From contig DASWYI010000022.1 of the NCBI GenBank assembly GCA_036405055.1, positions 3,967-67,966 on the forward strand: a stretch of DNA of 64,000 bases. The letters are read 5' to 3'. The stretch is from Brevundimonas sp. (GTDB lineage: Bacteria > Pseudomonadota > Alphaproteobacteria > Caulobacterales > Caulobacteraceae). The position numbers were made by a program, and so were the translations under genes. Shown here one piece after another: positions 54,257-64,000 of the stretch (position 1 is the first letter of the stretch; every line of letters starts with the position of its first letter). Below the pieces are notes generated by a model. The model was given only the letters and a program-made list of their open reading frames with translations. It was not told the origin of the DNA and did not search any database.

Positions 54257-55705
54257 TCAGGCCGCCGATGCGTCCGCCCGGTCCGCGCGCCAGGTTTCGC
54301 GCCAGGGCGTTGCGGCCCATTGCATCAGCTTGGCGAACAGTTCCGGCGCGTTTACGGGCTTGCCGAGCCAGTCGTTCATCCCGGCGTCTGCATAGGTCAG
54401 CAGCTGTTCGTCCAGCGTATTGGCCGTCAGGGCGATGATCGGGACAGCGGCCGCCTCGACATCCAGCGCACGGATGCGCCGCGTCGATTCCACCCCGTCC
54501 ATGACCGGCATCTGGATGTCCATCAGGATGACGTCCCAGCCGCCGCGCGAGGCCGCGGCCAGACCCTGGGCGCCGTCGTCCGCCGTCTCGCAGACCACGC
54601 CCTGAAGCGACAACAGCGTCGAGACGAGCGTGCGGTTGTTGTCGTTGTCATCGACATAGAGCACCCGCATGGCGCGGCCGTCGTCTGTGTCTTCTGGCGC
54701 TGTGTCAGACGAGACGGTGGAGCGGGATGGACGGTCTGCGCCGCCTGTGTCGCCGGTCCAGTCGTCCTGCTGCGACAGGCCGATCATGTGCTCGACCACA
54801 TCAGCCAGACGTTCGCCCGCGCCGTGGATGCGCTGCGCATGCTCTTGCAGACGCGCGTCCAGTCCGGCCTCGGCCAGCAAGGACGAGAAGCCCAGCACGG
54901 CGTTCAGCGGCGTGCGCAGTTCGTGCGACATATCGGTGAGGAAGCGTTGGCGCGCCTCAGCCATGGCCGCCTTTTGCTCTGCGGCGGCGCGGGCGGCTTC
55001 GGCTTCGACGCGGTCGGTCACATCGCGCTCGTTCAGCAGGACGCTGAGGGCGCCGGTCACCGGGTCAAGCAGGGGACGACAGTCGATGTGGTGCCAACGC
55101 GGTCCAGACTGGGTCGCCATCTGGAACAGGGCCTTGGTCTCCTGTCCGGCGTTCGCCGCTTGCAACGCCGCCTCGCCTTCGGCGGCGACAAGGAAGCGGC
55201 CCGTGAAGTCCGCATCCGGGCCATAGGTCGCGAAGGCCGCAGGGTTGGAGAACAGGGCCTTGCCGCCGCCCTCGAACAGGCCGATCGGCCCGGACGAGTG
55301 GCGCAGCGCCTCGACCGCCCGGCGCTCCTCGGCCTCGACGTCGGTTTCGGCGGCCTCGAACAGCAGCACCTCACGGCCATCCGCCAGCGGCACGGTCGAG
55401 ATCACAGCCTGAACCGTGACGGGCTGGCCGTTGGGATAGAAGGTCCAGTTTTCCTGAATCTGCTGCCCGTCGACCGTCAGGACACGCAGACGCTCCGTCC
55501 GGGTGCGAACGGCGGGCGACAGCTTTGAAAAATCGCGGGAAAGCAGCTCTTCGAGACTGCTGGCGCCCCACAGGGTCAGCGCCGTCTGGTTGGCGTAGAC
55601 GCCGAAGCAGCTGACAGGGTCGAACAGCCATACGGGACGCCGCAGCCTGTCCCAGGCCTCAAGACGCTCTCCGTCAGCAAGTCGCGGCAGCTCGAGGCTC
55701 ATCAT
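54257..55705 (-). CDS. PAS-like + HisKA + REC signalling protein lacking HATPase domain
   Basis: [10 protein letters not shown] followed after a short linker directly by VLYVDDN…MDIQMP…K; real start near 55705/55702, not the 56878 ORF start. Confidence 0.85.
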   Translation of the reverse strand: MMSLELPRLADGERLEAWDRLRRPVWLFDPVSCFGVYANQTALTLWGASSLEELLSRDFSKLSPAVRTRTERLRVLTVDGQQIQENWTFYPNGQPVTVQAVISTVPLADGREVLLFEAAETDVEAEERRAVEALRHSSGPIGLFEGGGKALFSNPAAFATYGPDADFTGRFLVAAEGEAALQAANAGQETKALFQMATQSGPRWHHIDCRPLLDPVTGALSVLLNERDVTDRVEAEAARAAAEQKAAMAEARQRFLTDMSHELRTPLNAVLGFSSLLAEAGLDARLQEHAQRIHGAGERLADVVEHMIGLSQQDDWTGDTGGADRPSRSTVSSDTAPEDTDDGRAMRVLYVDDNDNNRTLVSTLLSLQGVVCETADDGAQGLAAASRGGWDVILMDIQMPVMDGVESTRRIRALDVEAAAVPIIALTANTLDEQLLTYADAGMNDWLGKPVNAPELFAKLMQWAATPWRETWRADRADASAA

Positions 55706-55786
55706 GGGATGATGCCACAAACGGCTGAAGCAAGGTTTAAACGGGCGCTTGACCCCGCCGCGCCCCCGTGGCCTTTGCGCCGCCTC

Positions 55787-56872
55787 ATGAAGACCGCCGA
55801 TTTCGATTTTGACCTGCCGGAGGCGCGCATCGCGCTGCGGCCCGCCGAGCCGCGGGATTCCGCGCGGCTGCTGGTGGTGCGGGACGGCGAGATCGAGGAT
55901 CGCGGCGTCCGCGATCTGCCTGACTTCCTGCGGCCCGGGGATGCGCTGGTGTTCAACGACACGCGGGTGATCCCGGCGCGGCTGTCGGGGGTGCGTGAGC
56001 GGGTCGGCGCCGAGGGCGAGACCCTGACGGTGGCGGTGGAGGCGACCCTGCATCACCGCGATGCGCCGGATGTCTGGTCGGCCTTCATGAAGCCGGGCAA
56101 GCGGATCAAGGCGGGGGACCGGGTCCGGTTCGGAGCGGAGACCGACGGCGCCTGCCTGCTGGGCCGGCTGGACGCAACGGTCGAGGACAAGGGCGACGAC
56201 GGCCTCGTGGTCCTGCGCTTCGACCTGTCGGGGCCGATGCTGGACGAGGCGATCCGCGATGTCGGGGTCATGCCCCTGCCGCCCTATATCGCCGCCAAGC
56301 GGCCCGAGGACGACCGCGACCGCTCGGACTATCAGACCGTCTTCGCCGAGCATGACGGCTCGGTCGCCGCCCCCACGGCGGGGCTGCATTTCACGCCGGC
56401 GCTGCTGGAGGCGATCCGGGCTAGGGGTGTCTCGACCCATGCGGTGACCCTGCACGTCGGGGCCGGCACCTTCCTGCCGGTCAAGGCGGACGACACCGCC
56501 GACCACAAGATGCACAGCGAGTGGGGCGAGGTCAGCCCGGAGACGGCGGCCGCCCTGAATGCTGTCCACGCCTCGGGCGGCCGCATCGTCTGCGTCGGCA
56601 CCACCAGCCTGCGGCTGCTGGAGAGCGCGACCGGCGAGGACGGGGTGATCCAGCCCTTCCACGGCGACACGGCCATCTTCATCACCCCGGGCTACCGCTT
56701 CCGCGCGGCGGACGTGCTGATGACCAATTTCCACCTGCCGAAGTCGACCCTGTTCATGCTGGTCTCGGCCTTCGCAGGGCTGGAAACCATGAAGGCGGCC
56801 TACGCCCACGCGATCGCGGACGGGTATCGGTTTTATTCGTACGGGGATGGGAGCCTGCTGTTTCGGGCCTGA
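55787..56872 (+). CDS. queA: S-adenosylmethionine:tRNA ribosyltransferase-isomerase
   Basis: [37 protein letters not shown] and YRFYSYGD motifs. Confidence 0.97.
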   Translation: MKTADFDFDLPEARIALRPAEPRDSARLLVVRDGEIEDRGVRDLPDFLRPGDALVFNDTRVIPARLSGVRERVGAEGETLTVAVEATLHHRDAPDVWSAFMKPGKRIKAGDRVRFGAETDGACLLGRLDATVEDKGDDGLVVLRFDLSGPMLDEAIRDVGVMPLPPYIAAKRPEDDRDRSDYQTVFAEHDGSVAAPTAGLHFTPALLEAIRARGVSTHAVTLHVGAGTFLPVKADDTADHKMHSEWGEVSPETAAALNAVHASGGRIVCVGTTSLRLLESATGEDGVIQPFHGDTAIFITPGYRFRAADVLMTNFHLPKSTLFMLVSAFAGLETMKAAYAHAIADGYRFYSYGDGSLLFRA

Positions 56873-56874
56873 CC

Positions 56875-57049
56875 TCACCTCCCCGGAGCGCAGGCGAGCG
56901 GGGAGGACAGACCGCGTCAGCGGTCAGGAGGGGGAGGCTCCGTCAGCAGTGATTGGCGATCCAGATTTCAGACGCCTGCGCCGCCCCCTCCTGGCGTCGC
57001 TCAGTCGCGCCGCCTGTCCTCCCCTCGCGCCTGCGCGCAGGGGAGGTGA
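56875..57049. repeat. diverged structured inverted-repeat element between queA and tgt
   Basis: TCACCTCCCC…GGGGAGGACAG…CAGGAGGGGG / CCCCCTCCTG…CTGTCCTCCCC…GGGGAGGTGA. Confidence 0.8.
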
Positions 57050-57084
57050 ATACGTCGCCGGTTTCCTGTATTGGGCGCCGCCTG

Positions 57085-58197
<1,113 letters not shown>

Positions 58198-58746
58198 CTA
58201 GCGCCGCCGGCTCGGCTGGAACCAGCTGGGTGCGGCGGGCGGGGCGCAGTTCCGCTGCATCCCCATGCCCTTCAGGAAGGCGCGGCGCAGGCGGCCGGAC
58301 TGGATGGCGGACTGCACATGCCGGCTGTGCTGCTCGGCGCCGGACAGACGTCTGATCCAGCTGCGGCCGGGGATGAAGTCGGTGGTCGCGTCGCGGATGG
58401 CGCCCAAGGCTCCTTGAGCCGCCGCATCGGCCGCGCGCTCACTCATGATCCGGCCGTCGGGGGCGGGCGGCTCATCGGCGTCGGGGCCCAGCGCCTCGTC
58501 CAGCCGCGCGACTTCCGCCGCGATGGTCGAGCAGCGGTTCATGTTGCGCATGTCGTAGGGATTGGCCTCGGCCTGCAGCAGCACCGTGGGGATCACCTGG
58601 CGCCGCAGGTTCAGATCCTCCAGCGGGGCCGTGACGGCCGCTCCGAAACCGTCGGCCACCGTGCCTACGCCTTCACCGGCCGAGCGCGCCACGGTGCAGC
58701 CGCCGAGGGCCAGAACGGAGATCAGAACAACAGCGGAAACGCGCAT
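58198..58746 (-). CDS. hypothetical lipoprotein
   Basis: LALGG-C lipobox; PLEDLNL…IP…NPY and LD..LGPD motifs. Confidence 0.78.
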   Translation of the reverse strand: MRVSAVVLISVLALGGCTVARSAGEGVGTVADGFGAAVTAPLEDLNLRRQVIPTVLLQAEANPYDMRNMNRCSTIAAEVARLDEALGPDADEPPAPDGRIMSERAADAAAQGALGAIRDATTDFIPGRSWIRRLSGAEQHSRHVQSAIQSGRLRRAFLKGMGMQRNCAPPAAPSWFQPSRRR

Positions 58747-58819
58747 GGCCCTGTTAGATCACGCCGCCCACGGAACAGGAAGCTTGGCCGTGCATTGGGA
58801 GCGGTGATAGGGAGCGCCC

Positions 58820-58969
58820 ATGTTCGAAGGCATCAAGACAGCGATCGAAACCTGGCTGCGGCAACGCAAGTGTGAGCACCGCTATCGCTACAGCCGCACC
58901 AAGCCCGGCACGCTGGTCTGCCGCGACTGCCGCAAGCGCAAGAAGCCCGAGGTCCAGGTCTTCCGCTGA
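58820..58969 (+). CDS. 49-aa putative zinc-ribbon microprotein (not in ORF track)
   Basis: GGGAG RBS; MFEGIKTAIETWLRQRKCEHRYRYSRTKPGTLVCRDCRKRKKPEVQVFR*; host-like codons. Confidence 0.6.
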   Translation: MFEGIKTAIETWLRQRKCEHRYRYSRTKPGTLVCRDCRKRKKPEVQVFR

Positions 58970-58972
58970 GGC

Positions 58973-59653
58973 CTAGAAGCCCCAGAACACGCGGCCGACC
59001 AGGGCGCTGTCCTCGGTGTCGCTGTCGACCCAGTCCAGACCGAGGGTGAAGGCGCCGACGGGGGCTTCGACGCCCACGCGCCAGTCGGTCTTGCCGTCGG
59101 GGGCGAAGGCGCCGTCCTCCTGGCCCAGCGTGGCGTGCAGGCTGACGGGCCAGTCGGTCGGGGCGTATTCCGCCCGGGTCCACAGATAGGTGTTGTCCTC
59201 GTCGCCGAGACCGGTCTGGGCCGGGGCCAGGATCGCGCCGACCTCGAGCGTGACATCGCCGACACTGCGGCCGATCTGGATCGGGAACTCGACATAGTCG
59301 ACGTCCGTGCCGTCCGGGTAACGATTGTCCCAGACCCCGACATCCACGTCGAAGCCGGCGACGGAGCCCGTCCAGCCGGCGTAGAAGGTCAGCTCGACCC
59401 GCGCGCCGTCCCCATCCGGGCCGACACCGTAGTCGTCGATGGTCGAGGCCCAGCCGCCGACATAGAAACCCGACCGGTGGGTGACCGAGATGTCGCCCTG
59501 AACGGCGGCCTCGCCGTCGCTGAGGGTGTAGCCCCGGTCGCGATAGTCGGACACCACGCCGATCTGACCGCCGACGGTCCAGGCCGCGTCCTGGGCGGCG
59601 GCCGATCCGGCGCTGGCCGCCAGAATCGTCAGGGTCATCAGAACATGGCGCAT
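58973..59653 (-). CDS. TorF-like outer-membrane beta-barrel (TIGR02001 type)
   Basis: Signal peptide; SDYR.RG.T.S…A.QG and G.Y.G.WAS motifs; terminal Phe. Confidence 0.85.
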   Translation of the reverse strand: MRHVLMTLTILAASAGSAAAQDAAWTVGGQIGVVSDYRDRGYTLSDGEAAVQGDISVTHRSGFYVGGWASTIDDYGVGPDGDGARVELTFYAGWTGSVAGFDVDVGVWDNRYPDGTDVDYVEFPIQIGRSVGDVTLEVGAILAPAQTGLGDEDNTYLWTRAEYAPTDWPVSLHATLGQEDGAFAPDGKTDWRVGVEAPVGAFTLGLDWVDSDTEDSALVGRVFWGF

Positions 59654-59776
59654 GGGGCTCCCTCCGTATGACCTGACCCTAGGGAATATCCCTTAAGTAT
59701 TCGTCCCCATGCAGATTAATCCGCGTTCACCAATCCCGGTTACCGAGCCTTATCAGGCCTGTGCGATGAAGGCGTC

Positions 59777-61444
59777 ATGCCGGGGACTGTCAGTCATCAC
59801 CGCGATCTGAAACGCATCGTCGTGGCGAGCGTGCTGGTCGCTGCCCTGGTGGTCGGCGGGATCGTGGGCGTCGTCGCCTTCGCGGCCGCGGCGATTGACC
59901 GGTACGAGCTGCGCAAGGAGCAGGCGCTGGTGCAGCGCCGCCTTGACCGGACGCTCGAGGGACTGGCCGAAGATCTGACCTCGGCCACCATCTGGGACGA
60001 CGCGGTCACGGCAACGGGAGAGGGCTGGGACGCCGAATGGCAACAGCTTAATTTCGGCGATTACTATGCCGACTACATGCATCACACAGCCACCCTGGTC
60101 TATGACGGTGCGGGGCGGCTGCGGGGCGCGTCGCGCGAGAGCGAGCCCGTGCCCTTGGCCCAGGAGGCGGCCCTCGCGGCCGCCGTGGCCTCGATGGTCG
60201 CCGATGTGCGCGCCGAGTCCATGAAGCCGGCCAAACGCAAGGGCTTCGGCTTTGACGCCGTGGTCAAACGCACGGGTCTCGTGCAGGCGGGGTCCGAGAT
60301 CTATCTGGTCGCCGCGTCCACCGTGGTGCCGGACACCGGCGACGTGGCGCGGCCGCGGCGTGATGCGGTGGTGGTGACGACGCGCACCCTGTCGTCCTTC
60401 CTTGAAGCCCTGCCCAAGGATCTGGCGATCAAGGCGCCCAAGCTCGTTCCCGCGACCGATGCAACACCGGCCTCCATACCCATTCAGGCCACCGGAGCCC
60501 GCGTCACAAGCGCGGTTCGGGCGCCCGGCGACGCGGTGTTGAGCCGTCTGGCCTGGACGCCTGAGCGCCCCGGCCGGCGTCTGCTGATGGACGCGGCGCC
60601 TTTGCTTGGCGTCGTGGTCTTGCTGCTGATTGCGGCCGGCGTCACCCTGTTCCACACCATGGACAGGGTCAGCCGCAGGCTCGCCCTCAACCAGACGGCG
60701 TTGTCGGAGGCGCGGGACCGGGCCGAAGCCGCCAACGAGGCCAAGACCCGCTTCCTCGCCAACATGAGCCATGAACTACGCACGCCCCTGAACGGCGTCA
60801 TGGGCATGGCCGAGGTGCTGGACGCCGGTGAGCTCAGCCCGATCCAGCGCAGCCACCTGGCGGTGTTGAAGGCGTCCGGCGCTGATCTGCTGAAGCTGAT
60901 CGAGCAGCTGCTTCAGGTCACCCGGCTGGAAAAGGGCGAGGTGAGGATCGCCGCCGCGCCGTTCAATGTTCGTGACATGCTGGAGGGCGCCGTCGCCGAC
61001 CATGCCGCGCGGGCCGCGGAAAGGGGCCTGCTGCTGTCGTCCAACGTCCACATCGAGGGCCACAGGATAGGGGACGAGGCGCATTTGCGGCAGGTGGTCG
61101 ATCATCTGCTGGACAACGCCCTGATCTATACGCCCCACGGCTCTGTCCGCGTCGAGGCCGAATGCGAAGGCGACACCGTCCACATCCGCGTGATTGACAC
61201 CGGTCCCGGCATCCCGCCCGAAATGCTGGAATGTCTGTTCGACCCGTTCGTACAGGTCGATGATTCCTCGACGCGTCAGAACGACGGCGCGGGGCTGGGT
61301 CTGTCGATCTGTCGGGATCTGGTGAAGGCCATGGGCGGCGAGGTCGGCGTGCAAACCTCGGCCAGCGGGTCAACCTTCGCCGTCACCTTGCCGCTGCCCC
61401 CGTCCGGGGCGGGCAATCGGGAAAATCATCGGCTGGCCGCCTGA
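59777..61444 (+). CDS. membrane sensor histidine kinase with CHASE4-like periplasmic domain
   Basis: Two TMs; A.WDD motif; [19 protein letters not shown] and GAGLGLSIC motifs. Confidence 0.9.
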   Translation: MPGTVSHHRDLKRIVVASVLVAALVVGGIVGVVAFAAAAIDRYELRKEQALVQRRLDRTLEGLAEDLTSATIWDDAVTATGEGWDAEWQQLNFGDYYADYMHHTATLVYDGAGRLRGASRESEPVPLAQEAALAAAVASMVADVRAESMKPAKRKGFGFDAVVKRTGLVQAGSEIYLVAASTVVPDTGDVARPRRDAVVVTTRTLSSFLEALPKDLAIKAPKLVPATDATPASIPIQATGARVTSAVRAPGDAVLSRLAWTPERPGRRLLMDAAPLLGVVVLLLIAAGVTLFHTMDRVSRRLALNQTALSEARDRAEAANEAKTRFLANMSHELRTPLNGVMGMAEVLDAGELSPIQRSHLAVLKASGADLLKLIEQLLQVTRLEKGEVRIAAAPFNVRDMLEGAVADHAARAAERGLLLSSNVHIEGHRIGDEAHLRQVVDHLLDNALIYTPHGSVRVEAECEGDTVHIRVIDTGPGIPPEMLECLFDPFVQVDDSSTRQNDGAGLGLSICRDLVKAMGGEVGVQTSASGSTFAVTLPLPPSGAGNRENHRLAA

Positions 61445-61454
61445 TCGCCGCCGG

Positions 61455-61531
61455 TGGTACGTCCTCTCGGGCTCGAACCGAGGACCCTCTGATTAAAAGT
61501 CAGATGCTCTAACCAACTGAGCTAAGGACGC
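61455..61531 (-). tRNA. tRNA-Lys (TTT)
   Basis: Minus strand GCGTCCTTAGCTCAGTTGGTTAGAGCATCTGACTTTTAATCAGAGGGTCCTCGGTTCGAGCCCGAGAGGACGTACCA; encoded CCA. Confidence 0.96.
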
Positions 61532-61600
61532 ACACTCGCCGGGGCGAAGCGGCTTCATAGTGGCGACGCCCGCGCCGGGCAACCCGGCTTTCTGCCTTTT

Positions 61601-61873
61601 TCAGCAGTCGCGGCCGGCGGCGCGGCGTTGCTCGCAGCGACGGCGCTCGCGCTCGGCCTGACGGGCCTCGCGGTCGTTCCTGGCGCGGGTTTCCTCATCC
61701 GAGGTGGTGACCGCGTCAAACCCGGCGCCGACCACCGCGCCCGTGGCCTTGGCCGTGCCGCCGACGATGGCCCCCGCCGTGCCGACCACGGCCCCGACCA
61801 GACAGCCTTGCAGCATCAGCGATCCGCCCAGCAGGACGGACAGGGCGGCGGCGCGGGCGAACGGACGGGTCAT
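61601..61873 (-). CDS. small glycine-zipper-like lipoprotein
   Basis: MTRPFARAAALSVLLGGSLMLQG-C lipobox. Confidence 0.7.
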   Translation of the reverse strand: MTRPFARAAALSVLLGGSLMLQGCLVGAVVGTAGAIVGGTAKATGAVVGAGFDAVTTSDEETRARNDREARQAERERRRCEQRRAAGRDC

Positions 61874-62062
61874 CGAAGGAAGCTCTGGAAAGGGGAGCCG
61901 CAGGGTTAACGGCGAATGGTGAACAGAAACTGAGGCTTTCACGCCCGCGCGGCGAATGTGGGGCCGGTGTTCACCATGTCCCTCGCGCCACGGGGGCAGG
62001 GGCTTGCCCGCAACCGCAACCGGCCTTCTACGTTCGTTTCGGACGTTAGGATTTCGGTAACC

Positions 62063-62191
62063 ATGCGGCGCGCGCTTCACATCGGCCTGTTCATCGGCAC
62101 CCTGCTGGGCATGAGCGCCTGCGCGGCCCTGAGCCCGGACGACGGGACGCGCGGGCCCTATGGCGGGGTCGAGGCCGGCGGCCGTCAGTAA
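62063..62191 (+). CDS. possible 42-aa lipoprotein
   Basis: MRRALHIGLFIGTLLGMSA-C lipobox followed by GPYGGVEAG. Confidence 0.45.
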   Translation: MRRALHIGLFIGTLLGMSACAALSPDDGTRGPYGGVEAGGRQ

Positions 62192-62273
62192 ATCGTGGCG
62201 CAGCGGGCGATCGTCCCCTAGTATCGCGCTTGCGGACGCCGGCTGTCGCGCCGCGCCGGTCCCTCCCGCCTAG

Positions 62274-63608
62274 ATGTTACCCCTCGCCATCGTCGTCGTG
62301 CTGCTGCTCGTGGTGCTGAACGGCCTGTTCTCGATGACCGAGCTCGCGGTCGTCTCGTCGCGCAAATCCAAGCTGCAAAGCCGCGCCGAGCGTGGCGACC
62401 GGGGCGCGCGCGCCGCATTGAAGCTGGCGGAAGAGCCGACGCATTTCCTGTCGGCGGTCCAGGTGGGCATCACCCTGATCGGCATTCTGGCCGGCGCCTA
62501 CGGCCAGGCGGCCATCGGCGGCGAGCTGAACCACATTCTCGAAACCTCGATCCCCGCCGTCGCGCCGTGGTCGGAAGCGATCTCGACCGGCCTCGTCGTC
62601 GTCTTCATCACCTATGTGTCGGTGATCGTCGGCGAACTGGTGCCCAAGCGGCTGGCCCTGATCTTCCCGGAAGTCATCGCCTCCAAGATGGCGGCGCCGA
62701 TCTCGACCCTGTCGGTGGTGCTGAAGCCTTTCGTGGTGCTGCTGACCGTCTCGACCTCCGGCATCCTGAAGCTGATGGGGGTCAAGGACCGCGACGGCTC
62801 GGACGTCACACAGGAAGAGGTCGAGACCATGATCGCCGAGGGCGCGGCCTCGGGCCTGATCGAGCCGGAAGAGCAGGAGATGATCGAGGAGATCCTGACC
62901 CTCGGCGACCGGCCCATCCGCGTGGCCATGACGCCGCGGCACGAGGTCTACTGGATCGCGCTGGACGACAGCCAGAAGGAGCTGCGTGCCGAAATCCGCG
63001 AATGTCCCTATTCGCGCATCGTCGTGGCGCGCGAGAACGACGTCGATAATCCCATCGGCGTGGTCCACAAGAAGGACCTGCTGGACAGCCTGCTGACCAA
63101 CGGCAAGTTCGACATCGAGGCCCTGATCCAGACTCCGGCCTTCATTCCGCAGTCGACCTCGGTGCTGAAGGCGCTGGAGATCATGAAGGCGTCGCGGGTG
63201 CACATGGCCTTCCTGGTGGACGAGTTCGGCGCCTTCGAGGGGGTGGTCACGGCCACGGACCTGCTGGAGATGATCGCCGGCGACTTCGACGAGGACCACG
63301 ACGAGGAAGAGGCCTATATCCGCCAGCGCGAGGACGGCAGCTGGCTGGTCGACGGCCAGACCGATTTGGACGAACTCAGCGACGTGCTGGGCGAGGATTT
63401 CGGCGAGGCCGAGGGCTTCCACACCGTCGCCGGCCTGGTGCTGCACCAGCTGTCGCGCGTGCCGGACGAGGGCGAGATCCTGCAGCTCGGCCGCTTCGAG
63501 GTCGAGATCATCGACATGGACGACCGCCGCATCGACAAGCTGCTGTTCAAGCAGGTCGTGAAGCCGGAAGACGAGGCCCGGGCGGTCGCCGACCACCTCG
63601 ACAACTAG
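62274..63608 (+). CDS. hemolysin/CNNM family protein (DUF21-CBS-CorC)
   Basis: NGLFSMTELAVVS, GELVPK, MTPR, VDEFG..EG.VT and HTVAG motifs. Confidence 0.94.
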   Translation: MLPLAIVVVLLLVVLNGLFSMTELAVVSSRKSKLQSRAERGDRGARAALKLAEEPTHFLSAVQVGITLIGILAGAYGQAAIGGELNHILETSIPAVAPWSEAISTGLVVVFITYVSVIVGELVPKRLALIFPEVIASKMAAPISTLSVVLKPFVVLLTVSTSGILKLMGVKDRDGSDVTQEEVETMIAEGAASGLIEPEEQEMIEEILTLGDRPIRVAMTPRHEVYWIALDDSQKELRAEIRECPYSRIVVARENDVDNPIGVVHKKDLLDSLLTNGKFDIEALIQTPAFIPQSTSVLKALEIMKASRVHMAFLVDEFGAFEGVVTATDLLEMIAGDFDEDHDEEEAYIRQREDGSWLVDGQTDLDELSDVLGEDFGEAEGFHTVAGLVLHQLSRVPDEGEILQLGRFEVEIIDMDDRRIDKLLFKQVVKPEDEARAVADHLDN

Positions 63609-63708
63609 ATTCCGCCTTGAAAACCATGAGGGGGTGAGGCATAGCCCCCGGTCTGGCGAAGGCCTTGCGCGCCGATGGGTCCGCCCACCGGCGCGTTGTT
63701 CTTTGTCT

Positions 63709-63784
63709 AGGAGTTTAGCTCAGCTGGTAGAGCACCGGTCTCCAAAACCGGGGGTCGTGGGTTCGAGTCCCCCAACTCCTGCCA
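63709..63784 (+). tRNA. tRNA-Trp (CCA)
   Basis: AGGAGTTTAGCTCAGCTGGTAGAGCACCGGTCTCCAAAACCGGGGGTCGTGGGTTCGAGTCCCCCAACTCCTGCCA. Confidence 0.97.
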
Positions 63785-63854
63785 TTTCCCCCTGTCGCCG
63801 CCGGATGGGACTTCCTATCTGCGGCGGCAGGATCAATTCTGGATGAGACGCTGA

Positions 63855-64000
63855 ATGGCCAAGGCCAAGACACCCGGACGCCGCCCGATGGGCGCACAGG
63901 CCACGCCCGGCGGGCAAACCGTCGCCGTGGACGCCGCTCCGGCCAAGCCGCGCGTGTCGCCGGTCCAGTTCTTCCAGCAGGTCCAGGCCGAGGCGAAGAA
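63855..64000 (+). CDS. secE: preprotein translocase subunit SecE (partial, runs off window)
   Basis: …SPVQFFQQVQAEAK motif immediately after tRNA-Trp (conserved trpT-secE synteny). Confidence 0.85.
   Translation, partial: MAKAKTPGRRPMGAQATPGGQTVAVDAAPAKPRVSPVQFFQQVQAEAK

Noticed and set aside
54257-56878. 873-aa ORF as a giant kinase overlapping queA
   Set aside because: The N-terminal ~390 codons are the antisense shadow of queA; recognisable domains begin at about 55705.
61455-63784. tRNA-Lys/tRNA-Trp as integration sites of an island
   Set aside because: No integrase and no duplicated tRNA 3' end seen; flanking genes are host-like.

Overview
GC-rich (visibly about two-thirds G+C) alphaproteobacterial chromosome segment. 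Gene content and order point to Caulobacteraceae, most likely Brevundimonas: dgt-ftsN-nagZ-scpAB, flagellins with sigma54/ftr/IHF sites next to flaEY, class I lysS, tRNA-Trp-secE. Most of the window is core genome (rnhB, tag, ygfZ, pyrC, erpA, xth, cca, ssb, queCDE, queA-tgt, lysS, two tRNAs). The non-routine elements are: (1) at 26.75-27.92 kb, an integrase-less, cassette-like array of three co-oriented lower-GC orphan ORFs separated by a conserved 27-bp GTCCGC...GCGGAC hairpin, usually preceded exactly 25 bp upstream by a degenerate copy; (2) a DUF559 endonuclease gene enclosed by ~60-bp structured inverted repeats, with empty copies of the same repeat architecture inside the nagZ-scpA and queA-tgt operons; (3) an isolated DUF2793 tail-fibre + holin + M15 endolysin + overlapping Rz/Rz1 spanin module with no other phage genes, plus a probable RogA-like GTA repressor elsewhere in the window; (4) a tandem paralogue pair sharing a C-terminal ALGPVDKP motif next to a 4-TM protein; (5) a hybrid kinase lacking its ATPase domain; and several small ORFs below the ORF-track cut-off. 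All family assignments come from motif recognition, not database searches.
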